Program-made: the position numbers and the translations under genes
NCBI GenBank assembly: GCA_965208105.1
Contig: OZ242318.1
Coordinates: 928,001 to 992,000 of the forward strand
DNA length: 64,000 nucleotides
Source: Candidatus Latescibacterota bacterium
GTDB lineage: Bacteria > Latescibacterota > UBA2968 > UBA8231
Direction: 5' to 3'
The notes under the pieces: generated by a model
The model's database searches: none
Told to the model about the DNA's origin: nothing
The model's input: the letters and a program-made list of their open reading frames with translations, nothing else
Shown: piece after piece, positions 51,833-61,419 of the stretch
Position numbering within the stretch: position 1 is the first letter of the stretch
Layout: each line of letters starts with the position of its first letter

Positions 51833-53416
51833 TTACACCTTGTAGGCGAACAGTTTTGCCTGGAACATCCTCACGCGAATCGAAACCGATTCGCCGATCG
51901 ACGTGATATCGCTTCTACCGTTCCAGGTTACAACACAATCTGACTCGTCCCCCATCAAGCGATCGCACTCCGCAAAGGTGAATCCGGTGGCCGGCTCCAC
52001 ATCCGGTTGAATCCTGGAGGGCGTCTCCGAAAGGAGCTCGACGGCGATCCAGCCTCCGGGCGCGCAGCGATAGTTCAACCGCAGCTGGTCCCCCCGTCGG
52101 TAGATGGTAGGTATGGTGAACCGCCCTTCCCCATCGGCTTCGATCCCGCAAAACCGGTGTGGATGCCAGAGGGCATAACGGATCTGTATCTTGCGCTTAT
52201 GGGGGAACAGATAGCCCGGGTATTTTTCGCGCGCGTTGTGCAACTGCGACATCCCCATATAAGGAACTGCCCACTTCCCGTCCGGCAACTCCACGAGACC
52301 ACTGCGCCACGTATGCACCTGACAGTCTTCGCCGCTGCCAGGGGCGCCCACGGTGTGTAGGGCACGACGCTCCGGACGTGTCCAGAACAAGCCGTCGCGA
52401 CTGAAGGCGATCTGAGTGTCGACGTGGCCCAGCCCCCGGTGAAAGACCGAGACAGTCATGGCGTGGAGGTCGGTTCGTCCCGGATAAAGGAAGTAGTTGC
52501 CGCCGTAGAAATCGATGTCCAGATCATCCTGGGCATCTGGTGCCAGAATCAGCTTCGGAGCCGGCCAGCGGCGGAACACCTTCGTGCATGAAAAGGCGAT
52601 GGTTCGGCGTTGGGTCTCCTCCTCGATGCTCGCGGTTCCGATGCCCTTTAGCGCCTCCGCTGGGAAACCCATGATCTGCTGATAGCAGAAGTACTGCTCC
52701 GTCGCCTCGTCGTAACGCGCCGAGATGCCGCCGTTCACGGGCCGATCTCCAAGAGATTCCGGCAGTGGCTCCCAACGCAGCCCGTCCGGAGACGTCCAAG
52801 CGAGCATCCGTCCCCAGGTCTCCGCCCGCGGGCCTTTGTAGTCTTTCCCTTCGTATGCCTGGGCATCGTTGCGCCTGCGCGCTTCTTCCGCCTCCAGTCT
52901 TTCGCAGGTAGCCGGATCGTACCAGGCCATGTCCCCACCCATCGCTTTGAAGCGCTCCTCGGGCGGGCAGTGAGGATCGATGAAAACGCCGCTGGCGCCA
53001 ACGATACCCCGCTCGAGAATGTTGTTGGCCGTGGATCCTTCGAAGGCCACCTCCCCCAGTTCCGGTCGCCGCCATCGGTAACCGTCGTCGCTGTTGGCGT
53101 AACAGGTTCCGCTTTCGCATTCGTAGAGCATCCGGTAGCCGTCGTCCGCCTGCCAAATGAACAGCGGGGCAACCGCGTCGATCTCCTCCCAGGGCATCTC
53201 GGCCTCCAGTAGCGGCTGTGAACGGTCTGCCAGCTCCACCCGGAGCGCAACACCGACAGCGGCGTCGAACAGGTCGAACACTCCCTTCCGATCCGTGCTT
53301 CGGTGCCCTGCATATATTTCAGTGAGATCCACGAGCGGATTCCACAATCCGCAGTTGCGCCTAATCCGTGGGGACCGCTTTTGCGGTTGGGTGAAAGGCG
53401 AGGGCTCTTTTGTCAT
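51833..53416 (-). CDS. Uncharacterised GH-like beta-propeller plus sandwich protein (divergent subtype B)
   Basis: YANSDDGYRWRRPELG, FIDPHCPPEERFK, SPDGLRW, FSRDGLFWTRPER, WHPHRFCGIEA and a C-terminal sandwich. Probable ATG at 53416. Confidence 0.7.
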   Translation of the reverse strand: MTKEPSPFTQPQKRSPRIRRNCGLWNPLVDLTEIYAGHRSTDRKGVFDLFDAAVGVALRVELADRSQPLLEAEMPWEEIDAVAPLFIWQADDGYRMLYECESGTCYANSDDGYRWRRPELGEVAFEGSTANNILERGIVGASGVFIDPHCPPEERFKAMGGDMAWYDPATCERLEAEEARRRNDAQAYEGKDYKGPRAETWGRMLAWTSPDGLRWEPLPESLGDRPVNGGISARYDEATEQYFCYQQIMGFPAEALKGIGTASIEEETQRRTIAFSCTKVFRRWPAPKLILAPDAQDDLDIDFYGGNYFLYPGRTDLHAMTVSVFHRGLGHVDTQIAFSRDGLFWTRPERRALHTVGAPGSGEDCQVHTWRSGLVELPDGKWAVPYMGMSQLHNAREKYPGYLFPHKRKIQIRYALWHPHRFCGIEADGEGRFTIPTIYRRGDQLRLNYRCAPGGWIAVELLSETPSRIQPDVEPATGFTFAECDRLMGDESDCVVTWNGRSDITSIGESVSIRVRMFQAKLFAYKV

Positions 53417-53593
53417 GACGTACGAAGCTCCTCCGGAGTCAGGTACTCGAAACAGTAGATCACAGCCGCTCCAGGATCTCCACCACTTTGGCCTCGAATA
53501 GGGGTTGCGATTCGGGGCCAAAAAGCAGTCGCGACTTCACCAACTTGATGCCCATGCTTCTTCCACGGCTCGGACCGTCCGTTCCTCTATTAT

Positions 53594-53624
53594 AAGGATA
53601 GGGCGAATAAAACGCCTTATCCTT
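53594..53624. repeat. 12-bp inverted repeat (hairpin)
   Basis: AAGGATAGGGCG-AATAAAA-CGCCTTATCCTT, with one G.T pair. Confidence 0.6.
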
Positions 53625-53667
53625 TAGGCGACGGCGACAATGTCGGCCGCTACCACAAGGCTCTTGC

Positions 53668-53696
53668 TTGCTCCACTACGGCTCGCGTAGTATGTT
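53668..53696 (+). promoter_or_regulatory. higBA promoter with palindromic operator
   Basis: TTGCTC-N17-TATGTT. A perfect ACTACG-N5-CGTAGT (53675-53691) fills the spacer, and the GTG start lies 7 nt downstream, implying a leaderless mRNA. Confidence 0.7.
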
Positions 53697-53702
53697 TTTG
53701 CC

Positions 53703-53960
53703 GTGATACGGCCATGGGGCACTTCCGCCTCCGATCTCACATCCCGGCCGGCTTCTCCGGCGCGAGATGAAATCCCGCGGCCTGAGCGCCAACCGACCGG
53801 CGTTGAGCCTCGGGGTCCCTTCGGGTCGGATTACTGACATCATGAATGGGCGACGTTCGATTACCGCAGACACCGCCCTGCGACTCGGTCACTATTTCGG
53901 CAACAATGCTCAATTCTGGCTCGATCTACAGAGCCAGTACGTCATCGCAACAACTGTTAC
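53703..53960 (+). pseudogene. higA: Collapsed HigB/HigA toxin-antitoxin module
   Basis: GTG-initiated MIRPWGTSAS (HigB-like start) is fused out of frame near 53732 to ISHPGRLLRREM...ITDIMNGRRSITADTALRLGHYFGNNAQFWLDLQSQY (HigA HTH), which lacks its own start and normal C-terminus. Confidence 0.8.
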
Positions 53961-53986
53961 ACTGACCTCTCGGGATGGAGATTATA

Positions 53987-55633
53987 ATGGACGCGGAACG
54001 ACAGAAAGCTCGATGGCGGCGACGCCGGATCATCTACAACAACGATGGCGACGACGCCCTGGAAGCCCGTTCCGGTGTAGAGTTCGAGCACGATGTGGCG
54101 GAATCCCTGATGGTGCGCTCTTCCGGAGATCTGGCTCAGGATTTTCTCGATGCCCGCAGCACACCCCTGATCGGCTCCCAGGTAGACAGCAACTGGTTCG
54201 CCAGCGCCATGGCCGGTTTGACCTTTTCCCATCACACAAGGCTCGGCGGTTTCTACGGCAAGGAGGTTCCGTTGGAGCTGGTGGAGAAGTACGGGCGCGA
54301 TGCCCTCGAGATTCAGCTGGACTTCAGCCACGAGCACGGAATGGAAGCGGTATGGTGCCTGCGCATGAACGACGTGCACGATTCCCATCCGATGGGAAGC
54401 CGCCGTTGGAACTACGGTCTGGCGAAATTCAAGCGCGAGAATCCGCAGTACATGATGGGCAAGGAGGGCGACTGGGAGAAGTACGAGAAACAGAACGAAG
54501 TGCTGAAGTGGTGGACGCGATTGGATTTCTCGTTTGAAGAGGTGCGGGACCACATCTTCGGCGTCATCGAGGAAGTCGCGCTCAATTATGACGTCGACCT
54601 GATCGGCATGGAGTTCTTCAAGTACTGGCCGTTCTTCCGCGAGTCGCGTGACGGAGATCCGGTCACCCCGGAGCATCTGGAGACCATGAACGATCTCATG
54701 CGTCGTATCCGCAGCATGGCCGACGAGGTCGGCAAACGGCGCGGTCGTCCGCTACTGTTGTCGGCGCAGACGCCGTTCAGCCTGGAAGACTGCATTCACG
54801 TTGGCTTGGATCTCGAAACCTGGCTCAAGGAAGATTTGATCGACCAGTTCTGTCCGGGCGGCGGCAAAGAATCGGTCTTCCGTGACTCCTACACCGAAAT
54901 CGTAGCATTGGGGCACAAGTACGAGGTCCCGGTTTACCCCTGCATCATGTATTCATTTTGGGGTCACTGGGTGTTCCTCGATCACAGTGAAGGCAGGTTC
55001 CGACATTTCCCTGATTGGTTAGAAACCCTCTATGGCGGACAACCCGACCGCAAGGGTAAACCGTCGTACATACTCGTATTCAATGCGTGGGAGGGAGTCT
55101 TTCCCGCATGGCGCGGCGCTGCCATGAACCTGTTTGACGCCGGCGCCGACGGCCTCTACATTTTCAATCCCGCCCTTGGAGAACCGCGCTGGTGGTTCGA
55201 GATTGGCGAAGTCGAAACGATGGCGGGAAAGGACCGCATCTACGGTATCGACTGTTTCGAAGGTCGCGACAGCTTCAGTTCGACCTCGGAGGTTGAGCTG
55301 GAGCTCGATGCCGCCGTTGCGACCACATTTCAAGTGGGTGAGGATGTGAGCGCAGCGGGTGCCCGAAACATCGACTTGCGCATCCACCTGTGGAACCACG
55401 TCCCCGGTGACGGCGTCACTGTCAACCTGAATGGATCACCGATCGACGGTCTGGCTCCCGCTGATCCGGGAAGAGATCCGTCAAAGGGTCAGTGGCTCCA
55501 GGGCGACCTGAACGCTGGGCTGGTTGCGCGGGGCAGGAACGTGCTGGAGGTGACGGCGAGGAAGCGGGGTGCGTCGGCGTCGGCCACACTGGCCATGGAT
55601 TCGGCGCAAATAAGAGTGCGCTGCGAATCCTGA
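53987..55633 (+). CDS. GH-like TIM-barrel protein (GHL10-like) with C-terminal beta domain
   Basis: IIYNNDGDD, LRMNDVHD, LDFSFEEVRDH, NYDVDLIGMEFF, DLETWLKEDLID and GADGLYIFN. Confidence 0.7.
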   Translation: MDAERQKARWRRRRIIYNNDGDDALEARSGVEFEHDVAESLMVRSSGDLAQDFLDARSTPLIGSQVDSNWFASAMAGLTFSHHTRLGGFYGKEVPLELVEKYGRDALEIQLDFSHEHGMEAVWCLRMNDVHDSHPMGSRRWNYGLAKFKRENPQYMMGKEGDWEKYEKQNEVLKWWTRLDFSFEEVRDHIFGVIEEVALNYDVDLIGMEFFKYWPFFRESRDGDPVTPEHLETMNDLMRRIRSMADEVGKRRGRPLLLSAQTPFSLEDCIHVGLDLETWLKEDLIDQFCPGGGKESVFRDSYTEIVALGHKYEVPVYPCIMYSFWGHWVFLDHSEGRFRHFPDWLETLYGGQPDRKGKPSYILVFNAWEGVFPAWRGAAMNLFDAGADGLYIFNPALGEPRWWFEIGEVETMAGKDRIYGIDCFEGRDSFSSTSEVELELDAAVATTFQVGEDVSAAGARNIDLRIHLWNHVPGDGVTVNLNGSPIDGLAPADPGRDPSKGQWLQGDLNAGLVARGRNVLEVTARKRGASASATLAMDSAQIRVRCES

Positions 55634-55719
55634 CGTTTGGAAATCCGAATTTGGGAATCATGCTTCCACTCACCAGTGGCCATCCGCCTGCCAGACTTAG
55701 AATAACCTAGACAGGGACA

Positions 55720-58194
55720 ATGGAAGAGGACCATCGAGGCGAAACGAGCAGGGAGCTCCCTTCCTCCGCGCGGGCGGTAATCGTGGGAGGCGGAGTGGTT
55801 GGCTGCAGCGTGGCCTATCACCTCGGCCACTTGGGCTGGAAGGACGTCTTGCTCCTGGAGCAGGGGAAACTGGCGGGAGGAACCAGCTGGCACGCGGCCG
55901 GATTGGTCGGGCAGCTGCGCACCTCCAACAGCCTGACTCGAATCAACAAGTACAGTGTCGAGCTCTACCAGACATTATTGGCGGAGACGGGATGCGAAAC
56001 GGGTTGGAACGAAGTGGGCAGTCTCATTGTCGGCACCTCGGAAGAGCGCATGTCCCAACTCAGGCGGACTGCAGCCATGGCAGAGGTGTTCGGGGTCGAG
56101 GCTCATCTCGTCGGAGTTAAAGAGGCCGGGGAAAAGTGGCCCCTCATGCGCATCGACGATGTGCTCGGTGCGGTCTGGTTGCCTCATGACGGCAAGGTCG
56201 TGCCCGAAGGGGTGGTGAAAGCATTGGCCGCCGGGGCGAGCAAGAAGGGCGTGCAGATCGTGGAGGGGGTTCGCGCAAATAAAATCACCATGAAGAACGG
56301 AAGGGCCTGCGGAGTGCGCTCGGATCGGGGAGAGGTTGCCGCGGAGTGGGTGATCCTGTGCGGGGGAATGTGGACCCGGCAGCTGGGCCTGCAGACCGGA
56401 GTCGATCTCCCTCTTCATCCGGTGGAGCACCATTACATCGTGAGCGAGCCCATCGAGGGGGTGGACAAGAATCGTCCGGTGGGACGCGATCCCAATGAGA
56501 TGATCTACTTTCGATCAGAGGACGACGGGTCGATCATGCTCGGCGCCTTCCAGAAAGAATCAGTTGCGTGGGAGGTCGATCGCGTGCCGGATGAATTCAG
56601 CTTTCAACTCCTCGAGCCTGATTGGGACAAATATGAGCAGCCTCTGCGCGCCGGGAAGCACCGTCTCCCGGTCCTGGCAGACTGCGCCTTCCCGAAATTC
56701 GTGAACGGACCTGAGAGTTTCACGCCTGACAACAATTTCCTCATGGGAGAGCCGGTCGGGACCAGAGGGCTCTTCGTGCTGGCGGGGTTCAATTCGGTGG
56801 GCGTTGCTTGTGCGGGTGGAGCGGGAAAGTATGCGGTCGAGTGGTTGGAAAGTGGAGCTCCCACCATGGACCTGTGGTCGGTGGATGTCCGGCGATTCCA
56901 TTCGGAGCAAAACGACCAGGCATATCTTCGGGGGCGGGTGACGGAAGTGCTGGGCCTGCACTATCAGATGGCGTGGCCGAACCGGGAGATGGAAACGGGC
57001 AGGAGATTGCGCGTGGGTGCGCTCTACGACCGGCAATCGAGGCAGGGAGCTTGTTTCGGCTCTTCCATGGGGTGGGAGCGTCCCAACTGGTTCGCACCCG
57101 ACGGCGTGGATCCGGTCATGGCGTACTCCTTCAAGCGCCAGAACTGGGCGCCCTACGTGGACGAAGAGGTGCGAAGCTGCAGGGAGAACGTGGCGATATT
57201 CGATCAATCGACCTTTTCCAAGTACTCCTTCAAGGGACGAGATGTTGTCGCAGTTCTTCAACGTCTCTGCGGAAACGACGTCGATGTCCCGCCTGGGCAA
57301 ATCGTCTATACCGGGGTCTTCAATGAACGGGGAACCTTCGAGTCCGACCTCACCCTCATTCGCCTGGCGGAAGAGGAGTTCTATATCGTTACTGCGACCG
57401 GCCAGGCCATTCGCGACTATGACTGGATCACCGGGCATCTCCCGAGCGGAGCGGATGCGGAGCTGTCGGATGTGACCGAAGACTACGGGGTGGTGAGTGT
57501 GATGGGTCCCAAGGCGCGGGACCTCCTGGCAACCGTGACCGATACCGATCTGAGTAATGCCGCGTTTCCCTTCGGGAGTGCCCAGGTGATCGCGCTCGCC
57601 GGCGTGGATGTGCGGGCCCTGCGTCTCTCGTACGTGGGCGAGCTGGGGTGGGAACTCCATTGCCGCACGGATGAGGTGGGACGAGTCTACGATTCCCTGT
57701 TCGATGAAGGAGCGGATTTCGATCTACGGGCCGGAGGGCACTATGCCATCAATGCCATGCGCCTCGAGAAGGCCTATCGCGCGTGGGGGCACGACATCTC
57801 TCCGGATGAAACTCCACTCGAAGCAGGACTGAGTTTCGCTGTCGATTGGCGAACGGACTTTCTTGGGAAAGAAGCGCTCCTGCGACAACGGGAGATGGGA
57901 ATCCGCAAGCGCCTGGTGGCCTTCGTGCTGGAAGATCCCCAGCCGACCCTGTGGGGAAGCGAGCCGATTCTGTTGCAAGGCCGGCCGGTGGGCTACACGA
58001 CATCCGCTGCCTACGGGCCGACGCTGGGCGGCGCCGTGGCCCTGGGATACGTGAAGCGGCCGGACGGCGGAGTGGTGACCCGGAAATTCGTGACAGAGGG
58101 CGAGTTCTCGATTCTGAATGATGGCGTGAGTTACCGGGCGACGGCCTTCCTGAACTCGCCCTTCGATCCTAACCAAGAGAAAGTTTTGCAATGA
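55720..58194 (+). CDS. GcvT-family FAD-dependent oxidoreductase (dimethylglycine/sarcosine dehydrogenase-like)
   Basis: IVGGGVVGCSVAYHL, GTSWHAAGL, NGPESFTPD, GWERPNWF, SYVGELGWELH and MRLEKAYRAWGHD. Confidence 0.93.
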   Translation: MEEDHRGETSRELPSSARAVIVGGGVVGCSVAYHLGHLGWKDVLLLEQGKLAGGTSWHAAGLVGQLRTSNSLTRINKYSVELYQTLLAETGCETGWNEVGSLIVGTSEERMSQLRRTAAMAEVFGVEAHLVGVKEAGEKWPLMRIDDVLGAVWLPHDGKVVPEGVVKALAAGASKKGVQIVEGVRANKITMKNGRACGVRSDRGEVAAEWVILCGGMWTRQLGLQTGVDLPLHPVEHHYIVSEPIEGVDKNRPVGRDPNEMIYFRSEDDGSIMLGAFQKESVAWEVDRVPDEFSFQLLEPDWDKYEQPLRAGKHRLPVLADCAFPKFVNGPESFTPDNNFLMGEPVGTRGLFVLAGFNSVGVACAGGAGKYAVEWLESGAPTMDLWSVDVRRFHSEQNDQAYLRGRVTEVLGLHYQMAWPNREMETGRRLRVGALYDRQSRQGACFGSSMGWERPNWFAPDGVDPVMAYSFKRQNWAPYVDEEVRSCRENVAIFDQSTFSKYSFKGRDVVAVLQRLCGNDVDVPPGQIVYTGVFNERGTFESDLTLIRLAEEEFYIVTATGQAIRDYDWITGHLPSGADAELSDVTEDYGVVSVMGPKARDLLATVTDTDLSNAAFPFGSAQVIALAGVDVRALRLSYVGELGWELHCRTDEVGRVYDSLFDEGADFDLRAGGHYAINAMRLEKAYRAWGHDISPDETPLEAGLSFAVDWRTDFLGKEALLRQREMGIRKRLVAFVLEDPQPTLWGSEPILLQGRPVGYTTSAAYGPTLGGAVALGYVKRPDGGVVTRKFVTEGEFSILNDGVSYRATAFLNSPFDPNQEKVLQ

Positions 58195-59765
58195 ATGAGA
58201 ACGAAATCAGTCCCACGCCCTTCGTCGACTGGTGCGGCATCTGGCCGGGCCACGGCGGAACCGGCCCCGACGACCTGAGCTGGATACAGGACCCGCCCCT
58301 GGGGGAGCTGCAGCTCAAGGTCCAGCCCGCCCGCTGGTCGGAGCCATTCCTCCACGAGAGGGAGCATCCCTGGGAAGCGCAGTCCCTCATACCGCTGATG
58401 GTGCTCAAGGAAGGCGACCGTTTCCGGGCGTGGTACCACTGCACCGGTGATAATGGCCTCGCCTACGATGCCTACGCCGAGAGCGATGACGGCCTGAATT
58501 GGGAGAAGCCCCAGCTCGGCCTGGTCGAGTACGGGGGGTCAACGGCCAACAACCTGCTCCACTCGCGCAGCCACTTCGCCATCCGCAGCCTGTTCATCGA
58601 TCCGTCGGCGCCGCCGGAGGAGCGTTACAAGGCGGTGCGGGTAGAGGGGCGGTATTTCGTCGATGGCGTGCTCGATCCGGAAATGACCTTCGCGCGCTAC
58701 GCAGAGATGCAGAACGCCATGCAGCACGAAGGGTTCTCCGATAAACCGAGCACCCGGAAGCTGGAGCTTCGCCAGACCATTCTCGGGGCCGTGTCGCCGG
58801 ACGGACTGCGATGGAAGGTGATCGAAAAACCGCTACGAGATCTGGGCTCGCGGACGCTGGACGGTGAGCACTACGTCATTTACGACGAGGACAAAGGCGA
58901 GTACGTCGCCTACCACCGCGGCCACCTGGAACGCCGGCGGGCGGTGCGCCGCAGCACGGGAAAGCGCTTCGACCAGTGGGGAGAACCGCGGTTCGTCTTC
59001 ATGCCCGACCCGCAGGATCCCGTCGACGACGATGTCTACGGCTCGGGGTACTGCCGCTATCCCGGGAAGGGGGCGGGCTTCTCCGGGACCGGTGGGGCTT
59101 ATCCCGCCGGCGGCGACGGACGGGACAACGAAGGCATATACAGCGGCAAGCTGCACCTGATGTTCCTGCCGTTCTACCACCGCACGACCTCCACCGTCGA
59201 CGTCCAACTGGCGACCAGCCGGGACGGCCTGCTGTGGAGCCGGCCCGAGCGCGTGCCCATCATCGAACGCGGCGAATACGAGGTGGTCTATTCACGGCGC
59301 GACCTGGTGGCCCTCACCGAGGAGGAGTGGGGCCTGCCGTTTTCAGGCGCGCACGGGCGCCACGATTTCAAGACCTACGACTACGACAAGCAAGCGCTCG
59401 AAAGCGCCATCGAGTGGCGCTGGGCGCTGTGGAAGCGGGACCGGCTGGTGGCCCTCGAGGCGCGGGCAGAAGCCCGCTTCACCATGGTGCAGCGGCAGTG
59501 TCACGGCACCCAGATGCGGCTGAACTACGAGACCGAGGCGGGAGGTTGGGTGCGCGTGGAACTGGTGGAACCGCCGGTCACCCCACCGACACGGGTGGAG
59601 CCGCTTCCCGGCTACAGCCTCGACGACGCCGACCCCCTCGCGGGAGACGAGCTGTCGGGCGCGGTGAGCTGGAACGGCCGCTCCGACCTGTCCGCCTTGA
59701 AGGGACGGCTGGTGTCGATCCGCATCCACATGGCGCGAGCCCGGCTCTACTCCCTGTTCATCTGA
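58191..59765 (+). CDS. Uncharacterised GH-like beta-propeller plus sandwich protein (subtype B)
   Basis: PFVDWCGIW, YAESDDGLNWEKPQLG, FIDPSAPPEERYK, LATSRDGLLW and WKRDRLVALEA. ATGA overlap with the upstream gene. Confidence 0.72.
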   Translation: MNENEISPTPFVDWCGIWPGHGGTGPDDLSWIQDPPLGELQLKVQPARWSEPFLHEREHPWEAQSLIPLMVLKEGDRFRAWYHCTGDNGLAYDAYAESDDGLNWEKPQLGLVEYGGSTANNLLHSRSHFAIRSLFIDPSAPPEERYKAVRVEGRYFVDGVLDPEMTFARYAEMQNAMQHEGFSDKPSTRKLELRQTILGAVSPDGLRWKVIEKPLRDLGSRTLDGEHYVIYDEDKGEYVAYHRGHLERRRAVRRSTGKRFDQWGEPRFVFMPDPQDPVDDDVYGSGYCRYPGKGAGFSGTGGAYPAGGDGRDNEGIYSGKLHLMFLPFYHRTTSTVDVQLATSRDGLLWSRPERVPIIERGEYEVVYSRRDLVALTEEEWGLPFSGAHGRHDFKTYDYDKQALESAIEWRWALWKRDRLVALEARAEARFTMVQRQCHGTQMRLNYETEAGGWVRVELVEPPVTPPTRVEPLPGYSLDDADPLAGDELSGAVSWNGRSDLSALKGRLVSIRIHMARARLYSLFI

Positions 59766-59839
59766 TCCGTTGACCATGGCCGCGCTCTCGGTGCGGATCA
59801 TGGATTTCGCTGTTTCATTCCCAGGAGGCACACATCATT

Positions 59840-61384
59840 ATGGCAGGACGCAAACCGGGCCTAGGAGCCCTCACCCACATCGGTACCGACCGGCAGCTGT
59901 TCCTCGACGACTACATGGTCGAGAGCACGAAGCACGCCGCCTTCACCCTCAACCCGGCCACCAAGTATGTCAACAACCCGGTTATCGACCGCGACCGGCC
60001 CTGGGAGGGCGAGACCCTCCACTACGGGTGCGTCCTCTACGACGAGCAAGAGAAGCGCTTCCGCATGTGGTACAGCTCCTGCGAGCACTCCTACACGGAG
60101 CGCGTACCGAAGAGGACGGTGCCCACCGTTCCCGGCAAGAAATTCACCAATAACTGCTATGCCGAGTCCGAAGACGGGATGAATTGGGAAAAGCCGTCCC
60201 TCGGACTGGTGGAGTTCGAAGGCTCGAAGGACAACAACATCCTCGGACCGGACAACTGGCCCAGCATCAAGGGCGGCATCTTCATCGATCCCAACGAGAA
60301 GGATCCGGACAAGCGCTTCAAGGCCATGTCGCAGGTCAAGGCCGAAACGGCGACCGATGGGGACGAGGACCGGGACGTGTCCGATGGCCAAGCGCCGGAA
60401 GCGAGCCGCTTCGTCTGGAATCTCTACCACTCCGGCGACGCCATCCACTGGACACCCTACGAGGGCAACCCGGTCATCAACCGCGAGAAATCGCTCTGGG
60501 GACCCACCGCCCACATGGGTTGGGACCCCATCCGCGAGGTCTATGCCGTGCACATGGAGAACTGCATCAACAAGCACGTCTTCTTCGGCCCCCCGATGTG
60601 TCCACCCGGCATCCGCCTTATCGGCCGCGCCGAGAGCCCGGATCTGATCAACTGGACCGAACCGGAGACCATTATCATGCCGGACGACGACGATCCGCCC
60701 GACCTCGAGCTCTACAGCATGTGGGCCTCGACCTACGAGAATTTTTACATCGGCATGCTGTGGAACTTCCGTATCACCAGTACCAGCCTCCTGCCACAGT
60801 TCGTCTTCAGCCGCGACGGTATCCGCTACGACCGACGCTACCGCCAGCCCTTCATCCAGGCGGGCGACGAGGGTGATTTCGATTCGGTGACCGTCTACGC
60901 CCAGCAGCCCATCGTCCACGACGACCAGATCTTCATCTATTACAGCGGTCAAAACTATCGCGCCTCGGAACAGTTTGACCTGCTCTACGAGCAACATGGC
61001 ACAGATGGCCCTCAAGGGCGCATGGGCCTGGCCATCGTTCCCCGGGACGGCTTCGTCTCCATCGACAGCGGTTATAAACACTACGGCGAGATCGTCACCC
61101 AGGCCTTTTCCTTCGAGGGCACGACTCTGCAGGTCAGCATGCGCAGTGCCTGGAAGGGCTGGTCGGCAGACAAACCGGATTTCCGTGTGGAGTTGCTGGC
61201 GCCCGACCACACGCCGCTCGAGGGTTACACCTTCGACGACGCCGACAACATCGGCGGCAAGGGAAGCGACATCGTAGCTACCTGGAAGGGCAAGTCCGAC
61301 GTCGGCCACCTTGCCGGACGCACCATCAAGCTGAAGTTCTACAGCAAGAACGTGAAGCTGTTCGGTTTTCAGTTCGTCGAGTAG
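59840..61384 (+). CDS. Uncharacterised GH-like beta-propeller plus sandwich protein (subtype A)
   Basis: RQLFLDD, YAESEDGMNWEKPSLG, DPDKRFK, FSRDGIRY, IFIYYSG and RDGFVSI. AGGAGG RBS. Confidence 0.72.
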   Translation: MAGRKPGLGALTHIGTDRQLFLDDYMVESTKHAAFTLNPATKYVNNPVIDRDRPWEGETLHYGCVLYDEQEKRFRMWYSSCEHSYTERVPKRTVPTVPGKKFTNNCYAESEDGMNWEKPSLGLVEFEGSKDNNILGPDNWPSIKGGIFIDPNEKDPDKRFKAMSQVKAETATDGDEDRDVSDGQAPEASRFVWNLYHSGDAIHWTPYEGNPVINREKSLWGPTAHMGWDPIREVYAVHMENCINKHVFFGPPMCPPGIRLIGRAESPDLINWTEPETIIMPDDDDPPDLELYSMWASTYENFYIGMLWNFRITSTSLLPQFVFSRDGIRYDRRYRQPFIQAGDEGDFDSVTVYAQQPIVHDDQIFIYYSGQNYRASEQFDLLYEQHGTDGPQGRMGLAIVPRDGFVSIDSGYKHYGEIVTQAFSFEGTTLQVSMRSAWKGWSADKPDFRVELLAPDHTPLEGYTFDDADNIGGKGSDIVATWKGKSDVGHLAGRTIKLKFYSKNVKLFGFQFVE

Positions 61385-61408
61385 CGCCGAGAAGCGCCGA
61401 GAAGCGCC
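61383..61408. repeat. Short tandem repeat AGCGCCGAGA x2.6
   Basis: AGCGCCGAGA AGCGCCGAGA AGCGCC between the propeller gene and alkA. Confidence 0.6.
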
Positions 61409-61419
61409 AGGTCAATTCT

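Noticed and set aside
53987-54040. RRRR near the N-terminus of the TIM-barrel paralogs as a Tat signal
   Set aside because: No hydrophobic h-region follows. The arginines lead directly into the first barrel strand (IIYNNDG).
53767-54537. 256-aa ORF that looks like a HigA fusion protein
   Set aside because: Only the first ~60 aa are HigA-like. The rest is off-frame read-through over the real gene at 53987.
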